From assembly GCA_963821275.1 (NCBI GenBank), contig CAWGDF010000012.1:34271-98270 (forward strand): a stretch of DNA of 64,000 nucleotides, given 5' to 3'. The stretch comes from an uncultured Thermoleophilaceae bacterium (GTDB lineage Bacteria > Actinomycetota > Thermoleophilia > Solirubrobacterales > Thermoleophilaceae). Position 1 is the stretch's first letter, and each line of letters opens with the position of its first letter. The notes beneath the pieces are model-generated. The model made no database searches. It was not told where the DNA came from and saw only the letters and a list, made by a program, of their open reading frames with translations. Made by a program: the position numbers and the translations under genes. This document shows positions 1 to 9,022 of this stretch, piece by piece.

Positions 1-436
1 GGCAGCCGAAGGCGACGGAGATCACCCCTTCGCAGCGCAGGCCCTCGTCTCGCGCGCGGGCCACGACCCGCTCCAGCCCGGAGAGAGACTCCTCGATCGA
101 GCGGTTCACGTTCGCTCGGTTGTGGCTCTCGGAAGCCGAGAGGAAGAGGTTCACCTCCTGGAAGCGCTCACGCAGCTCGAGGGCGTTGTCCAGCCCGCGC
201 TCGTTGGGGATCAGCACGGTCACTCTCACGTCGTCGGGGATGTCCGCGCGGCGGAGCACCTCGGCCCCGTCGGCCAGCTGCGGAATCACGTCGGCTCGCA
301 CGAAGCTCGTGACCTCGAGACGGCGCAGGCCGGTTCGGGCGAGCATCTCGACCAGCCGCACCTTGTCGGCGGTGGGGATCACCTCGGGCTCGTTCTGGAA
401 GCCGTCGCGCGGACCGACTTCGCGGATGTTCACCAT
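1..436 (-). CDS. hydroxymethylglutaryl-CoA lyase family protein (N-terminal part; C-terminus lies beyond window start)
   Basis: Absent from the ORF track because it is open at the window edge. Reverse translation from the ATG at 434-436 gives MVNIREVGPRDGFQNEPEVIPTADKVRLVEMLARTGLRRLEVTSFVRADVIPQLADG..., the EVGPRDG(L/F)QNE N-terminus typical of HMG-CoA lyase. The start lies 2 nt after the SDR stop codon. Confidence 0.8.
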   Translation of the reverse strand, partial: MVNIREVGPRDGFQNEPEVIPTADKVRLVEMLARTGLRRLEVTSFVRADVIPQLADGAEVLRRADIPDDVRVTVLIPNERGLDNALELRERFQEVNLFLSASESHNRANVNRSIEESLSGLERVVARARDEGLRCEGVISVAFGC

Positions 437-438
437 GG

Positions 439-1188
439 CTAGATCCTGGCAAGTCCGCCGCTTACGCCCAAGGCCTGCCCGGTGACGTACGAGGCGTCGT
501 CGGAGGCCAAGAAGGCGATCGCGGCGGCGACCTCGTCGGGCTGGCCGAGTCGGCGGAGGTTGGTGGAGCCCACCATCGTCTCGACTAGCTTGCGGCCAAG
601 GTCGCCCATTCGCTCGGGCGCCCCCATGAGCAGTGGCGTTTCGATCGGCCCCGGCGCCACCGCGTTGCTGGTGATGCCGTAGCGGCCGTTCTCGATCGCG
701 ATCGCCTTGGTGAAGCCGATCACCCCCGCCTTCGCGGCCGAGTAGGCCGCCGAGCCGCTGGAGCCCACGCGCCCCGCCTCCGACGCGGTGTTGACGATGC
801 GCCCCCGGCGCCGCTCCTGCATGCCCGGGAGCACGGCGTGGGTGACCGCAATCACCCCACGGAGGTTCACGGCCAGCACGCGGTCCCAGAGCGCCGGGTC
901 GGTGTCCGTGAACCAGCCCCACTCGTCGTAGCCGGCGTTGTTGACCAGGATGTCGATCGGACCCAGATCCTGCTCCGCCGCCTCGACCGCCGCATGGATC
1001 GCGTCGTCGGAGCGCACGTCCAGCTCGTAGGCGGAGCTGTCGATCTCGCCGGCCACCGCGCGCGCCCCGTCGGCGTTCAGATCGCTCACCGCCACGCGCG
1101 CGCCCTCGGCCGCCAGACGCCGGCAGGTGGCCGCCCCGATGCCCGACGCGCCGCCGGTAACGAGGGCTGTGCGCTCCGCAAGTCGCAA
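439..1188 (-). CDS. short-chain dehydrogenase/reductase (FabG-like)
   Basis: ORF 439..1245. It carries the SDR motifs TALVTGGASGIG, NNAG and YSAAK. An in-frame TTG at 1188 gives a typical MRLAERTALVTGG N-terminus. It also avoids a 5' overlap with divergent npdG; the longest ORF reaches 1245. Confidence 0.9.
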   Translation of the reverse strand: MRLAERTALVTGGASGIGAATCRRLAAEGARVAVSDLNADGARAVAGEIDSSAYELDVRSDDAIHAAVEAAEQDLGPIDILVNNAGYDEWGWFTDTDPALWDRVLAVNLRGVIAVTHAVLPGMQERRRGRIVNTASEAGRVGSSGSAAYSAAKAGVIGFTKAIAIENGRYGITSNAVAPGPIETPLLMGAPERMGDLGRKLVETMVGSTNLRRLGQPDEVAAAIAFLASDDASYVTGQALGVSGGLARI

Positions 1189-1239
1189 GGCGGCGGGCAG
1201 CGTATCCCAAGCCGCAGGCAGCGGTAGGGTGGCTGCCTC

Positions 1240-1902
1240 GTGCAACCGGTGCCGATCATCGGGGGGACCGGCGCGATTGGCTTCGCCCTCGCCCAGCGCC
1301 TCGCGCGGGGCGGGGTGCCCGTGGTGATCGGGTCCCGCGACGCCGGACGGGCTCGCGAGGCGGCCGGCCGGATCGGCGCGGGCGCGGAGGGCCTCGTGAA
1401 CCCCGAGGCCGTGACCCGCGGACCGGTGGTGCTGCTGTGCGTGCCCTTCCGCTCGCAGTCCGAGACGCTCACCAACCTCAAGCAGGCGCTTCAGCCCGGG
1501 CAGACCCTGGTCGACGCCACCGTGCCGCTCGCGGCCGCGGTAGCCGGCAAGGCCACCCGGATGCTCGGCGTCCCCCAGGGGTCGGCCGCCCAGCAGGCGC
1601 AGGAGATGTCACCCGAGGGCGTGGAGGTGGTCGCCGCCTTCCACACGCTGAGCGCCCCGGTGGTGGGCGACCTCACGCACGAGCTGGACGAGGACGTGCT
1701 CATAGCCGGCGACTCGCGAGAGGCCAAGGGTCGGGTGGCCGGTCTGGTGCGCCACATCGACGGGCTGCGCCCCGTGGACTGCGGCCGCCTGGAGGTGGCC
1801 CGCTTCATCGAGGGCATCACGCCGCTGCTGATCTCGGTGAACGTGCGCAACAAGGTGCACGCCGGCGTACGGCTGACCGGCATCGAGGAGCCCCGCTGGT
1901 AG
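1240..1902 (+). CDS. npdG: NADPH-dependent F420 reductase
   Basis: N-terminus IIGGTGAIGFALAQRLARGGVPVVIGSRD with Rossmann fold, about 220 aa, immediately upstream of cofD. The start could also be the GTG at 1249. Confidence 0.85.
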   Translation: MQPVPIIGGTGAIGFALAQRLARGGVPVVIGSRDAGRAREAAGRIGAGAEGLVNPEAVTRGPVVLLCVPFRSQSETLTNLKQALQPGQTLVDATVPLAAAVAGKATRMLGVPQGSAAQQAQEMSPEGVEVVAAFHTLSAPVVGDLTHELDEDVLIAGDSREAKGRVAGLVRHIDGLRPVDCGRLEVARFIEGITPLLISVNVRNKVHAGVRLTGIEEPRW

Positions 1903-2795
1903 TCCTGCTCTCGGGCGGAAGCGGCGGGGCCAAGCTCGCCCGCGGCTTGCTCGACGTGGCCGACGAGCTCGTGGTGGTGGCCAACACCGGCGACGACGTG
2001 CAGGCCTACGGCGTGCACGTCTCGCCCGACCCCGACCTCGTGACCTACTGGCTGGCGGACGAGATCGACGAGCGCGGCTACGGGCTGCGCGAAGACACGT
2101 GGAAGGTGATGGAGGCGCTGGAGGTCGCCGGGCGGCCGACGTGGTTTCGCCTCGGCGACCGTGACCTGGCGCTCTGCCTGGTGCGGACGGAGGAGCTGCG
2201 TCAGGGCCGGCGCCTGACCGAGGCCCACCGGGCGGTGGTCGAGGCGCTCGCCGTGCCGGCGAGCGTGCTGCCCATGAGCGACGAGCCGGTGGCCACCTGG
2301 GTCGGGGCCGGCGGCCGCATGCTGCCCTTCCAGGAGTACATGATCGTGGCGGGGGCGCCGGCGCCCGTCGAGGCGGTCGAGCTGCGGGGGCTCGAGCGGG
2401 CGCGCCCCAGCGACGATGTGCTCGCAGCCCTGGCGGAGGCCGAGGCGATCGTGATCGGTCCTTCCAACCCGGTGATCTCCATTGGGCCGATCCTCGCGCT
2501 GCCCGGCATGCGCGAGGCGCTGGCCGGAGCGCCGGCGCCGGTGATCGCCGTGAGCCCCTTCGTGGACGGCCGCGTGCTCAAGGGCCCCACCGACGCCTTC
2601 TGCTCCTACGCCGGCATCGAGCCCAGCGCAGCCGGCGTCGCTCGGGCCTACTCCGAGGTGCTGGACGGAATCGTCGCCGACGAGCCGGCGCCCGGCCCGG
2701 CCACCCTGGTGGTCGACACGCTGATGGACACGCCCGAGCGGCGCCGCCGGATGGCCATGAACACCCTGGAGTTTGCGGCCTCTCTCGGCGGATGA
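1896..2795 (+). CDS. cofD: 2-phospho-L-lactate transferase (CofD/FbiA)
   Basis: The tail of ORF 1437..2795 reads LVVLLSGGSGGAKLARGLLD...VVANTGDD...IGPSNPVISIGPIL, which are CofD hallmarks. The upstream part of that ORF overlaps npdG and is not coding. There is no ATG/GTG/TTG near the conserved N-terminus, so a CTG at 1896 is assumed. Confidence 0.9.
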   Translation: MVVLLSGGSGGAKLARGLLDVADELVVVANTGDDVQAYGVHVSPDPDLVTYWLADEIDERGYGLREDTWKVMEALEVAGRPTWFRLGDRDLALCLVRTEELRQGRRLTEAHRAVVEALAVPASVLPMSDEPVATWVGAGGRMLPFQEYMIVAGAPAPVEAVELRGLERARPSDDVLAALAEAEAIVIGPSNPVISIGPILALPGMREALAGAPAPVIAVSPFVDGRVLKGPTDAFCSYAGIEPSAAGVARAYSEVLDGIVADEPAPGPATLVVDTLMDTPERRRRMAMNTLEFAASLGG

Positions 2796-2850
2796 AGGCT
2801 CGCTCCGACCAGGCCCGCCCGCTACGCTCGGCGGCACCGATCGGACGACT

Positions 2851-3552
2851 ATGAGAACGATCGCGATCCTCCCGGTGAAGACCTTCACGGCCGCCAAACA
2901 GCGCCTGTCCGGCAGGCTGGGGGCAGGCTCGCGCCAGGCGCTCGCCCAGGCGATGTTCTCCGACGTCCTCGCCGCGCTGCGGCACGTGCCTGGCCTCGAC
3001 GCGGTGGCCGTCGTGACCGCCGACCGCGTGGCCGAGACTGCGGCGCTTGGCGGCCCCATCCGGATCCTGCGCGACCCCGAGATGGCCGGCCAGTCCGAGG
3101 CCGCCCGCATCGGGATCCGGCACGCCCTGGACGCGGGCTTCGACCGCGTCCTGCTCGTGCCGGGTGACACGCCGCTGCTCGATCCCGCCGAGCTGGCGCG
3201 GCTGCTGGAGCGCGGCCCCGGCGCCGCGATCGTGCCCGATCGCCACCTCACCGGCACGAACGCGCTGCTGCTCGCTCCCCCGGACGCCATCCAGCCCAGC
3301 TTCGGGCCGGGCAGCCTGGCGCGCCACACGGCCGCGGCCGAGGAGGCCGGGCTGGACTGGTCGATCGAGCGGCTGCCCACCCTGATGCTCGACGTGGACA
3401 CTCCCGACGACCTGGCCGAGCTGGCCGGCGCGCTCGAGCTCCGACGCGGCAAGGCGCCGTCCACTCGCGGCGCGCTGCGCCAGCTGGACCGCGCGCACGC
3501 CCGGGCGTCTGCACCCGCCACCCGCGGGACGCCGGTCCGCGCCTCTGCCTGA
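2851..3552 (+). CDS. cofC: 2-phospho-L-lactate / phosphoenolpyruvate guanylyltransferase (CofC/FbiD)
   Basis: MRTIAILPVKTFTAAKQRLS...LLVPGDTPLL...TGTNALL...DVDTPDDL, matching the CofC family pattern. An internal ATG at 2851 in ORF 2773..3552 was chosen as the start. Confidence 0.85.
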   Translation: MRTIAILPVKTFTAAKQRLSGRLGAGSRQALAQAMFSDVLAALRHVPGLDAVAVVTADRVAETAALGGPIRILRDPEMAGQSEAARIGIRHALDAGFDRVLLVPGDTPLLDPAELARLLERGPGAAIVPDRHLTGTNALLLAPPDAIQPSFGPGSLARHTAAAEEAGLDWSIERLPTLMLDVDTPDDLAELAGALELRRGKAPSTRGALRQLDRAHARASAPATRGTPVRASA

Positions 3553-3562
3553 GAGCCGGGCC

Positions 3563-4327
3563 GTGTCTCCCCCGCGGCGCTCTCTTCTCTGCTTGCCCCT
3601 GGACGTCCTCCCCGACGTCCGTGCCGGGGACGACCTGGCGGCGCAGCTCGCGGCGGCCGCGCCCGGCGACCTGGCCGGCGGCGACGTGGTCGTCGTCTCG
3701 CACAAGGTCGTCTCGAAGGCCGAGGGCCGGGTCCGGCGTCTGGCGGAGATCGAGCCGGGCGAGCGGGCCCTGACGCTGGCGGCCGAGCACAGCAAGGACG
3801 CGCGGCTGATCCAGGCGGTGCTCGACGAGTCGGCCGAGGTGCTGCGCGCGTCCGGCGGGGTGCTGATCTGCCTCACCCGGCAGGGCCTGGTCTGCGCGAA
3901 CGCGGGCGTCGACCAGTCCAACGCCGGAGCGCCGGGTGAGCTCGTACTCCTTCCCGAGGACCCCGACGCCTCGGCCCGGCGGCTGCGCGGGGGGCTGGCG
4001 CTCACCCGCGGCGTCCGGCCCGCGGTGGTGGTGGCCGACTCGTTCGGCCGGGCCTGGCGCCTCGGGCAGACCGACGTGGCGATCGGCGTGGCGGGCCTAG
4101 CTCCGCTCGAGGACTGGCAGGGCCGGCCCGACGCCTACGGGCGCGACCTGCGGGTGACCCAGATCGCAATCGCCGACGCAGTAGCGGGCGCCGCCGACCT
4201 GGCCCGCGCCAAGGATTCGCACGAGCCGGCCGTGCTCGTGCGCGGGCTCGAGCGCTATGTGACCGAAGAGGACGGGCCCGGCGCGGCCGCGCTGCGGCGG
4301 CCGGCCGAGAAGGACCTGTTCCGCTAG
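3563..4327 (+). CDS. cofE: coenzyme F420-0:L-glutamate ligase (CofE), stand-alone 254 aa
   Basis: VVVVSHKVVSKAEGR...CANAGVDQSNA...VVVADSFGRAWRLGQTDVAIG, a CofE-like sequence. It is only 254 aa, so there is no C-terminal nitroreductase-like domain. Confidence 0.9.
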   Translation: MSPPRRSLLCLPLDVLPDVRAGDDLAAQLAAAAPGDLAGGDVVVVSHKVVSKAEGRVRRLAEIEPGERALTLAAEHSKDARLIQAVLDESAEVLRASGGVLICLTRQGLVCANAGVDQSNAGAPGELVLLPEDPDASARRLRGGLALTRGVRPAVVVADSFGRAWRLGQTDVAIGVAGLAPLEDWQGRPDAYGRDLRVTQIAIADAVAGAADLARAKDSHEPAVLVRGLERYVTEEDGPGAAALRRPAEKDLFR

Positions 4328-4375
4328 ATGATTGACTCCGCGGCCGCGTGTGCGCGGGGTCGTGGAATCAGTCGT

Positions 4376-5551
4376 CTAGGTCCGAAACGGGCCACGCACC
4401 TCGTAGATCGCCCCCGGCCCCGGCTTCTCGTCGCTCGCTGGGAAGGCCCGCTGCGACGAGAAGAACATGCGGGTCCCCGCGGGATCGAACGTCACGCCGG
4501 TGAGCTCCGAGCCGCGGTGCTTCGGGCCGGTGACCGACAGGAACCTCGACACCCGCCCGTCGACGCCGATCACGCCCATGTCCACCTCGTCGGTGGCGAT
4601 GTCCTCGCACACGAACACCTCGTGTCCGCGGGAGCCGGTCAGCTGGTCGACCCGCAGCAGCGGCGCGCTCCGGGAGGCAAGGCCGTCGTAGACGACGCGA
4701 ATGCGCCCCGATTGAAGGTCGTACGCGTGGACGCGGTGGTCGGCGGTGGTGCTCACGTACAGCGTGTGCCCGTCGAACCAGACGCCCTCGCCGCGGGCGA
4801 ACTCCGTGCTCCCGGGCACCTGGCGCCGGGTGCGCTCGCGCGTGGCCAGGGGATCGGGCACCTTCACCCACTCCACGCGGCCGCCGCGCGCCACCCGGGC
4901 GATCTCGAGAAGGCCGGCGGACAGGTCGGGCCAGCGCCTCGGCGTGTAGCGGTAGAGGCCGCCGTCCTCGAGGTCCTCGGTGAGGTAGACCCGCCGGCCG
5001 CGCGCGTCCACCGCCGCGGCCTCGTGCTTGAACACCCCCATGGCCCGGTGGGGCCGCGCCCGCTGGCGGCCGCTCGGGTCGCACTCCCACACCCGTCCCT
5101 CCTCCACCTCCTCGCAGGACAGCCAGGTGCCCCAGGGGGTGCCTCCGCCGGAGCAGTTCTGCGTAGTGCCCGAGAGGATCCGGTAGGCCGCGTCGACCTC
5201 GCCCTCGCGGTCGAAGCGCAGGGCTGAGGCGCCCCCCTCGAAGGTCTCGGAGTTCGACGCCAGCACGAACCCGCCGCCCTCGCGCGGGAAGGCCGCCATC
5301 CCGTCGGAGGCGACGTGCCAGCGGTAGCCGGTCCCGGGCACAGGCTCCCCGCCCCGCGCCAACAGGCGGGAGCGAAAGCCGGCGGGCAGGCGGATCCCGT
5401 TGGCGTCCGGGGCCCGGAGCGGCCCGTAGCCCGGGCCCGCCCGCGGGGGCCGGGTCTGGGCGCCGCCGAACAGGTCGTCCCAGAACGCGGCGCCCAAGGA
5501 GACGCCGGCCACGCCGCCGATCCCGAGCCCTATGAACTCGCGGCGGCGCAT
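4376..5551 (-). CDS. PhoX-like (DUF839) secreted phosphatase with Tat signal
   Basis: An internal ATG at 5551 gives MRRREFIGLGIGGVAGVSLGAA, a twin-arginine signal. The GTTQNCSGGGTPWGTWLSCEE motif is characteristic of PhoX/DUF839 beta-propellers. Confidence 0.85.
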   Translation of the reverse strand: MRRREFIGLGIGGVAGVSLGAAFWDDLFGGAQTRPPRAGPGYGPLRAPDANGIRLPAGFRSRLLARGGEPVPGTGYRWHVASDGMAAFPREGGGFVLASNSETFEGGASALRFDREGEVDAAYRILSGTTQNCSGGGTPWGTWLSCEEVEEGRVWECDPSGRQRARPHRAMGVFKHEAAAVDARGRRVYLTEDLEDGGLYRYTPRRWPDLSAGLLEIARVARGGRVEWVKVPDPLATRERTRRQVPGSTEFARGEGVWFDGHTLYVSTTADHRVHAYDLQSGRIRVVYDGLASRSAPLLRVDQLTGSRGHEVFVCEDIATDEVDMGVIGVDGRVSRFLSVTGPKHRGSELTGVTFDPAGTRMFFSSQRAFPASDEKPGPGAIYEVRGPFRT

Positions 5552-5618
5552 GACCCCAGCGTGCCCGCCCCCCGGCGCTCCGGCGTGAACATCGTGCGAA
5601 GACCCCGTGACCGAGTTG

Positions 5619-7805
5619 CTACGCCGCGAGCGGCAGGTCGTAGCGCCGGCGGATGCCGTAGAGCGTGTCGCGCTCGGCGGCCGGGCGGCCGGCGGCGTGG
5701 GCGGCCGCCACCAGGTCCTCGGGCTCGAGCCGGACGCCGTGGTAGGAGCCGGCAAGCCGGCTGATGTTCTCCTCCATGAGGGTGCCTCCGAGGTCGTTCA
5801 CGCCCCAGTCGAGCGCCTCGGTGGCGGCCTCCAGGCCCATCTTCACCCAGCTGGCCTGCAGGTTGGGGATGGTGCGCCCCAGGGCCAGGCGGAAGACGGC
5901 GGTGTGCTTGAGGTTCTCCTCCCGCGAGATCTCCTCGATCCCGTGCGTGCGCCCGAGCAGCGTGTGGAAGGGGATGAACGACAAGGGCACGAACTCGGTG
6001 AAGCCGCCGGTGCGCTCCTGCAGGGCCCGGACCACCCGCATGTGCTCCGCCAGCTCCCAGGGCTCCTCGATGTGGCCGAACATGACCGTGACCGTCGAAC
6101 GCACGCCCGCCGCGTGGGCGGCCTCGACGATCTCGACCCAGCGGGCGACCGGCAGCTTGTTGGGCGAGATCCGCTCCCGCACCCCGTCGTGGAGGACCTC
6201 GGCGGCGGTCCCGGGTGTCGATCCCAGGCCGGCGGCCTTGAGGCGCGCGAACACCTCCTCCAGGGGCAGGTCGCCGGCCATCGCGTCGATCTCCATCGGC
6301 GAGTAGGCGTGAAGGTGGATGTCCGGGGCGGCGTCCTTCGCGACGCGCAGCCACTTCTCGTAGTCGGCGATCGTCCATTCCGGGTGGATGCCCGACTGCA
6401 TGCAGATCTCGGTCGCCCCGAACTCCACCGCCTCGGCCACCCGGCGGCGGAACTCGGCCTCGGAGTGCTCGTAGGCATCGGGGGAGCGCCGCCCCTGGCC
6501 AAAACCGCAGAAGGCGCAGCCCACCACGCAGATGTTCGACACGTTGATGTTGCGGTTGACCACGAACGTCACGCGCTCGCCCGCAAGCTCCCGGCGGAGC
6601 TGGTTCGCCGCCTGGCGCATGTCCTCGATCGCCTCCGGGCGGGTCTCGGAGAACAGCGCGGTCAGCTGCTCGCCCGAGAGCGCCGCTCCGTCGCTGGCCC
6701 GGGCGATGGCTCCCGGGACGAGCTCGGGGCGGCGCGGCCGTTCCTCGCGGCGGCCGGAGCCGCGCCGGGGGATGAAGCTCCAGTACTTCAGCTTGATCAC
6801 ATCGAGAACGCCCTGCTCGAGCCAGCCGGCGTCCATGTACTGCGGGTAGACGCACATCCGCTCGGTGAGCGCGTAGCCGGCCGGGGCCAGGCGCTTGCGC
6901 ATGCGGTGCACCGAGGGGAACGGGTGCTCGGGGGAGATGTGGTCGCCGTTCGCCGACAGGCCGCCGAGGTCCGTGGCCCCCTCCTCCACGAGCGGCAGCC
7001 ACCAGTCGGACAGGTTCGGCGGGATCTGCACTCCCACCCCGGGCAGAAGCCGCCGGCACTCGCGCACGAGCGAGCGCATGTCGTCGAGGGTGATCGGCGT
7101 GGCCCAGCCGGGGAGCGGCAGCTCCCCCGCCGGCGGGCGCTCGCCCTGCTGCGCCTCGTCTGCGATGGCGGCCGGCTCGGCGCCGTAGTAGCGCGGGTGC
7201 GGTACGAAGTTCTGCAGGATCAGCTCCTGCAGGTGGCCGTGCTGGGCCTGCACCTCGGCCAGGGCCTCGAGGGCGGCCACTCGGTCCTCGGGCGACTCGC
7301 CGATCCCCACCAGGATCCCGCTCGTGAACGGGATGCGCAGCTCGCCGGCCGCCCGGATCGTGTCCAGGCGAACCTGCGGATGCTTGGTGGGCGAGCCCTG
7401 GTGGACCACCAAGTCGGACCGCACCGACTCCAGCATCAGCCCCTGCGAGGCCGTGACCTCGCGCAGCCGAGCCAGCTCCTCCGGCGTGCACACCCCCACG
7501 TTGGTGTGCGGCAGCAGCCCGCGCTCCAGCGCGCGCTCGCAGGCCCAGGCCACATAGGAGATGAAGTCGTCGTGGCCGTAGTCGCGCAGCCGGCGAGCCA
7601 CCTCCGCGTTGACCTCCGGCTTCTCGCCGGTGAGCACGAGCAGCTCCTTCGCGCCCCGGCGGGCGGCCTCGTCCAACAGCCGCTCCACCTCCTCCGGCGC
7701 ATAGAGATGCGGGCGGTGGGTGGCGAAGGCGCAGTATTTGCAGTAGCACCGGCAGGTCCGCGACAGCGACAGCGTGTAATTCCGCGAGAACGTGACCCGC
7801 CGCAT
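5619..7805 (-). CDS. fbiC: 7,8-didemethyl-8-hydroxy-5-deazariboflavin (FO) synthase, fused CofG/CofH
   Basis: 728 aa from the ATG at 7805. It has two radical-SAM cysteine triads, CRCYCKYC and CVVGCAFC, in a two-domain CofG+CofH architecture. Confidence 0.95.
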   Translation of the reverse strand: MRRVTFSRNYTLSLSRTCRCYCKYCAFATHRPHLYAPEEVERLLDEAARRGAKELLVLTGEKPEVNAEVARRLRDYGHDDFISYVAWACERALERGLLPHTNVGVCTPEELARLREVTASQGLMLESVRSDLVVHQGSPTKHPQVRLDTIRAAGELRIPFTSGILVGIGESPEDRVAALEALAEVQAQHGHLQELILQNFVPHPRYYGAEPAAIADEAQQGERPPAGELPLPGWATPITLDDMRSLVRECRRLLPGVGVQIPPNLSDWWLPLVEEGATDLGGLSANGDHISPEHPFPSVHRMRKRLAPAGYALTERMCVYPQYMDAGWLEQGVLDVIKLKYWSFIPRRGSGRREERPRRPELVPGAIARASDGAALSGEQLTALFSETRPEAIEDMRQAANQLRRELAGERVTFVVNRNINVSNICVVGCAFCGFGQGRRSPDAYEHSEAEFRRRVAEAVEFGATEICMQSGIHPEWTIADYEKWLRVAKDAAPDIHLHAYSPMEIDAMAGDLPLEEVFARLKAAGLGSTPGTAAEVLHDGVRERISPNKLPVARWVEIVEAAHAAGVRSTVTVMFGHIEEPWELAEHMRVVRALQERTGGFTEFVPLSFIPFHTLLGRTHGIEEISREENLKHTAVFRLALGRTIPNLQASWVKMGLEAATEALDWGVNDLGGTLMEENISRLAGSYHGVRLEPEDLVAAAHAAGRPAAERDTLYGIRRRYDLPLAA

Positions 7806-7843
7806 CCCGTGGGAGTCTAAGTGCCCGCCCCTAGGCTTCGCTC

Positions 7844-9022
7844 GTGCGCCGCGTCCTCTGTCTGCTGCTCGCCGCGGCCATCCTGATCGGCTGCGGCGAG
7901 GACACGCCCCGGGAGCGGGCGAGGGTGGCACTCGACTTCCAGCCCAATCCCGCCCACGCGGGGATCTACGCGGCGCAGCGCGAGGACCTCCCGACCGACT
8001 ACGGGCTGGACCTCGACGTGCGGGTGCCCTCCTCCTCGACCGATTCGCTCAAGCTCCTCGCCGCTGGCCGCGCCGACGTAGCCGTGGTGGACATCCACGA
8101 TCTCGGTCTGGCGACAGAACGCGGCGCTGACCTGGTGGGGATCGGGGCGCTCGTCCAGCAACCGCTGGCCGCGGTGATCGCCCGCCCGGGGATCGAACGC
8201 CCGCGCGACCTCGAGGGCCGCCGCGTGGGCGTGACCGGCGTGCCCTCCGACGACGCCGTCCTCCGCTCGGTGGTGGAGAGCGACGGCGGCGATCTCGACC
8301 GCGTCCGGAGAGTGACCATCGGCTTCTCCGCGGTGCCCAGCCTGATCGCCGGGCGGGTGGACGCGGTGGTTGCCTTCTGGAACGTGGAGGGGGTGGCGCT
8401 GCGCCGGCGCGGGGTGCGTACGCGCGAGTTCCGGGTTGACCGATACGGCGCGCCGCGCTACCCGGAGCTCGTGCTGGTCACCAAGCGCGGGAGCCTAACC
8501 CGGATCGGTGAGAAGCTCGCCGGCCTGCTCGACCTGCTGGCGGTGGGCACCCGCGCGGCTCTTGCCGACCGCGCTGAGACCGTGCAGGAGCTGGTGGAGG
8601 CGTCGGGCGCCGATGAGGGCCTCGTGCGGGCCCAGCTGCGCGCGGTCGCCTCCGCCTTGCGGCCACCGATACGGCTCGACCTTGGGGAGCTCGAGGCCTG
8701 GGCAGCCTTCGACACCCGCTTCGGGATCCTCGAGCGGCGACCCGATGTGAATGAGGTCTTCCGCCCGCCCTCGAGCTGGCCGGACGCCCTAGCCGCCGCT
8801 CTCGATCAGCGCCTCCACGAGTGCGGCCGGCTCCCGCGCCATGCGCGAGCGCGGCACCACGCGGTCGAAGCCCGCCTCCTCGGCACGCCGGCGCACGTCC
8901 TGCTCGACGTGGGCGTAGAAGCCCAGCCGCGGCGACGTGGCGCCGGCGCTGGCGGCGATGCGCTCCTCGGAGTCGGAGGTGAGATCCACGACCAAGAGGT
9001 CGGCCTCGGCGTCGGGCGGTAG
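7844..9022 (+). CDS. ABC transporter substrate-binding lipoprotein (NMT1/THI5-like)
   Basis: The lipobox LLAAAILIGCG follows a GTG start. FQPNPAHAGIY...LLAAGRADVAVV...VGVTGVPSDD resembles NMT1-type SBPs. The last ~78 codons overlap the convergent gene 8789..9106 and look non-native, so the 3' end is uncertain. Confidence 0.7.
   Translation: MRRVLCLLLAAAILIGCGEDTPRERARVALDFQPNPAHAGIYAAQREDLPTDYGLDLDVRVPSSSTDSLKLLAAGRADVAVVDIHDLGLATERGADLVGIGALVQQPLAAVIARPGIERPRDLEGRRVGVTGVPSDDAVLRSVVESDGGDLDRVRRVTIGFSAVPSLIAGRVDAVVAFWNVEGVALRRRGVRTREFRVDRYGAPRYPELVLVTKRGSLTRIGEKLAGLLDLLAVGTRAALADRAETVQELVEASGADEGLVRAQLRAVASALRPPIRLDLGELEAWAAFDTRFGILERRPDVNEVFRPPSSWPDALAAALDQRLHECGRLPRHARARHHAVEARLLGTPAHVLLDVGVEAQPRRRGAGAGGDALLGVGGEIHDQEVGLGVGR

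Noticed and set aside
1188-1245. Apparent divergent 5'-5' gene overlaps (SDR/npdG at 1240-1245; CoA-transferase/TPP enzyme at 30865-30877; C5-epimerase/beta-helix at 56884-56908)
   Set aside because: These are most simply explained by longest-ORF start over-calling. In two of the three cases, in-frame downstream starts (TTG 1188, GTG 56848) give family-typical N-termini and remove the overlap. The TPP-enzyme start remains unresolved.
1491-3521. 676-aa minus-strand ORF antisense to npdG-cofD-cofC (also 2578..4005)
   Set aside because: Its composition is extremely Arg/Ala/Ser/Pro/Gly-rich and low-complexity. It is fully antisense to three genes with clear family signatures. This is a typical stop-codon-poor shadow ORF of GC-rich DNA.
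5530-7820. 739-aa minus-strand and 737-aa plus-strand ORFs covering fbiC
   Set aside because: They are alternate-frame and antisense readings of the fbiC region. Only the frame 5619..7805 shows radical-SAM motifs and balanced composition.
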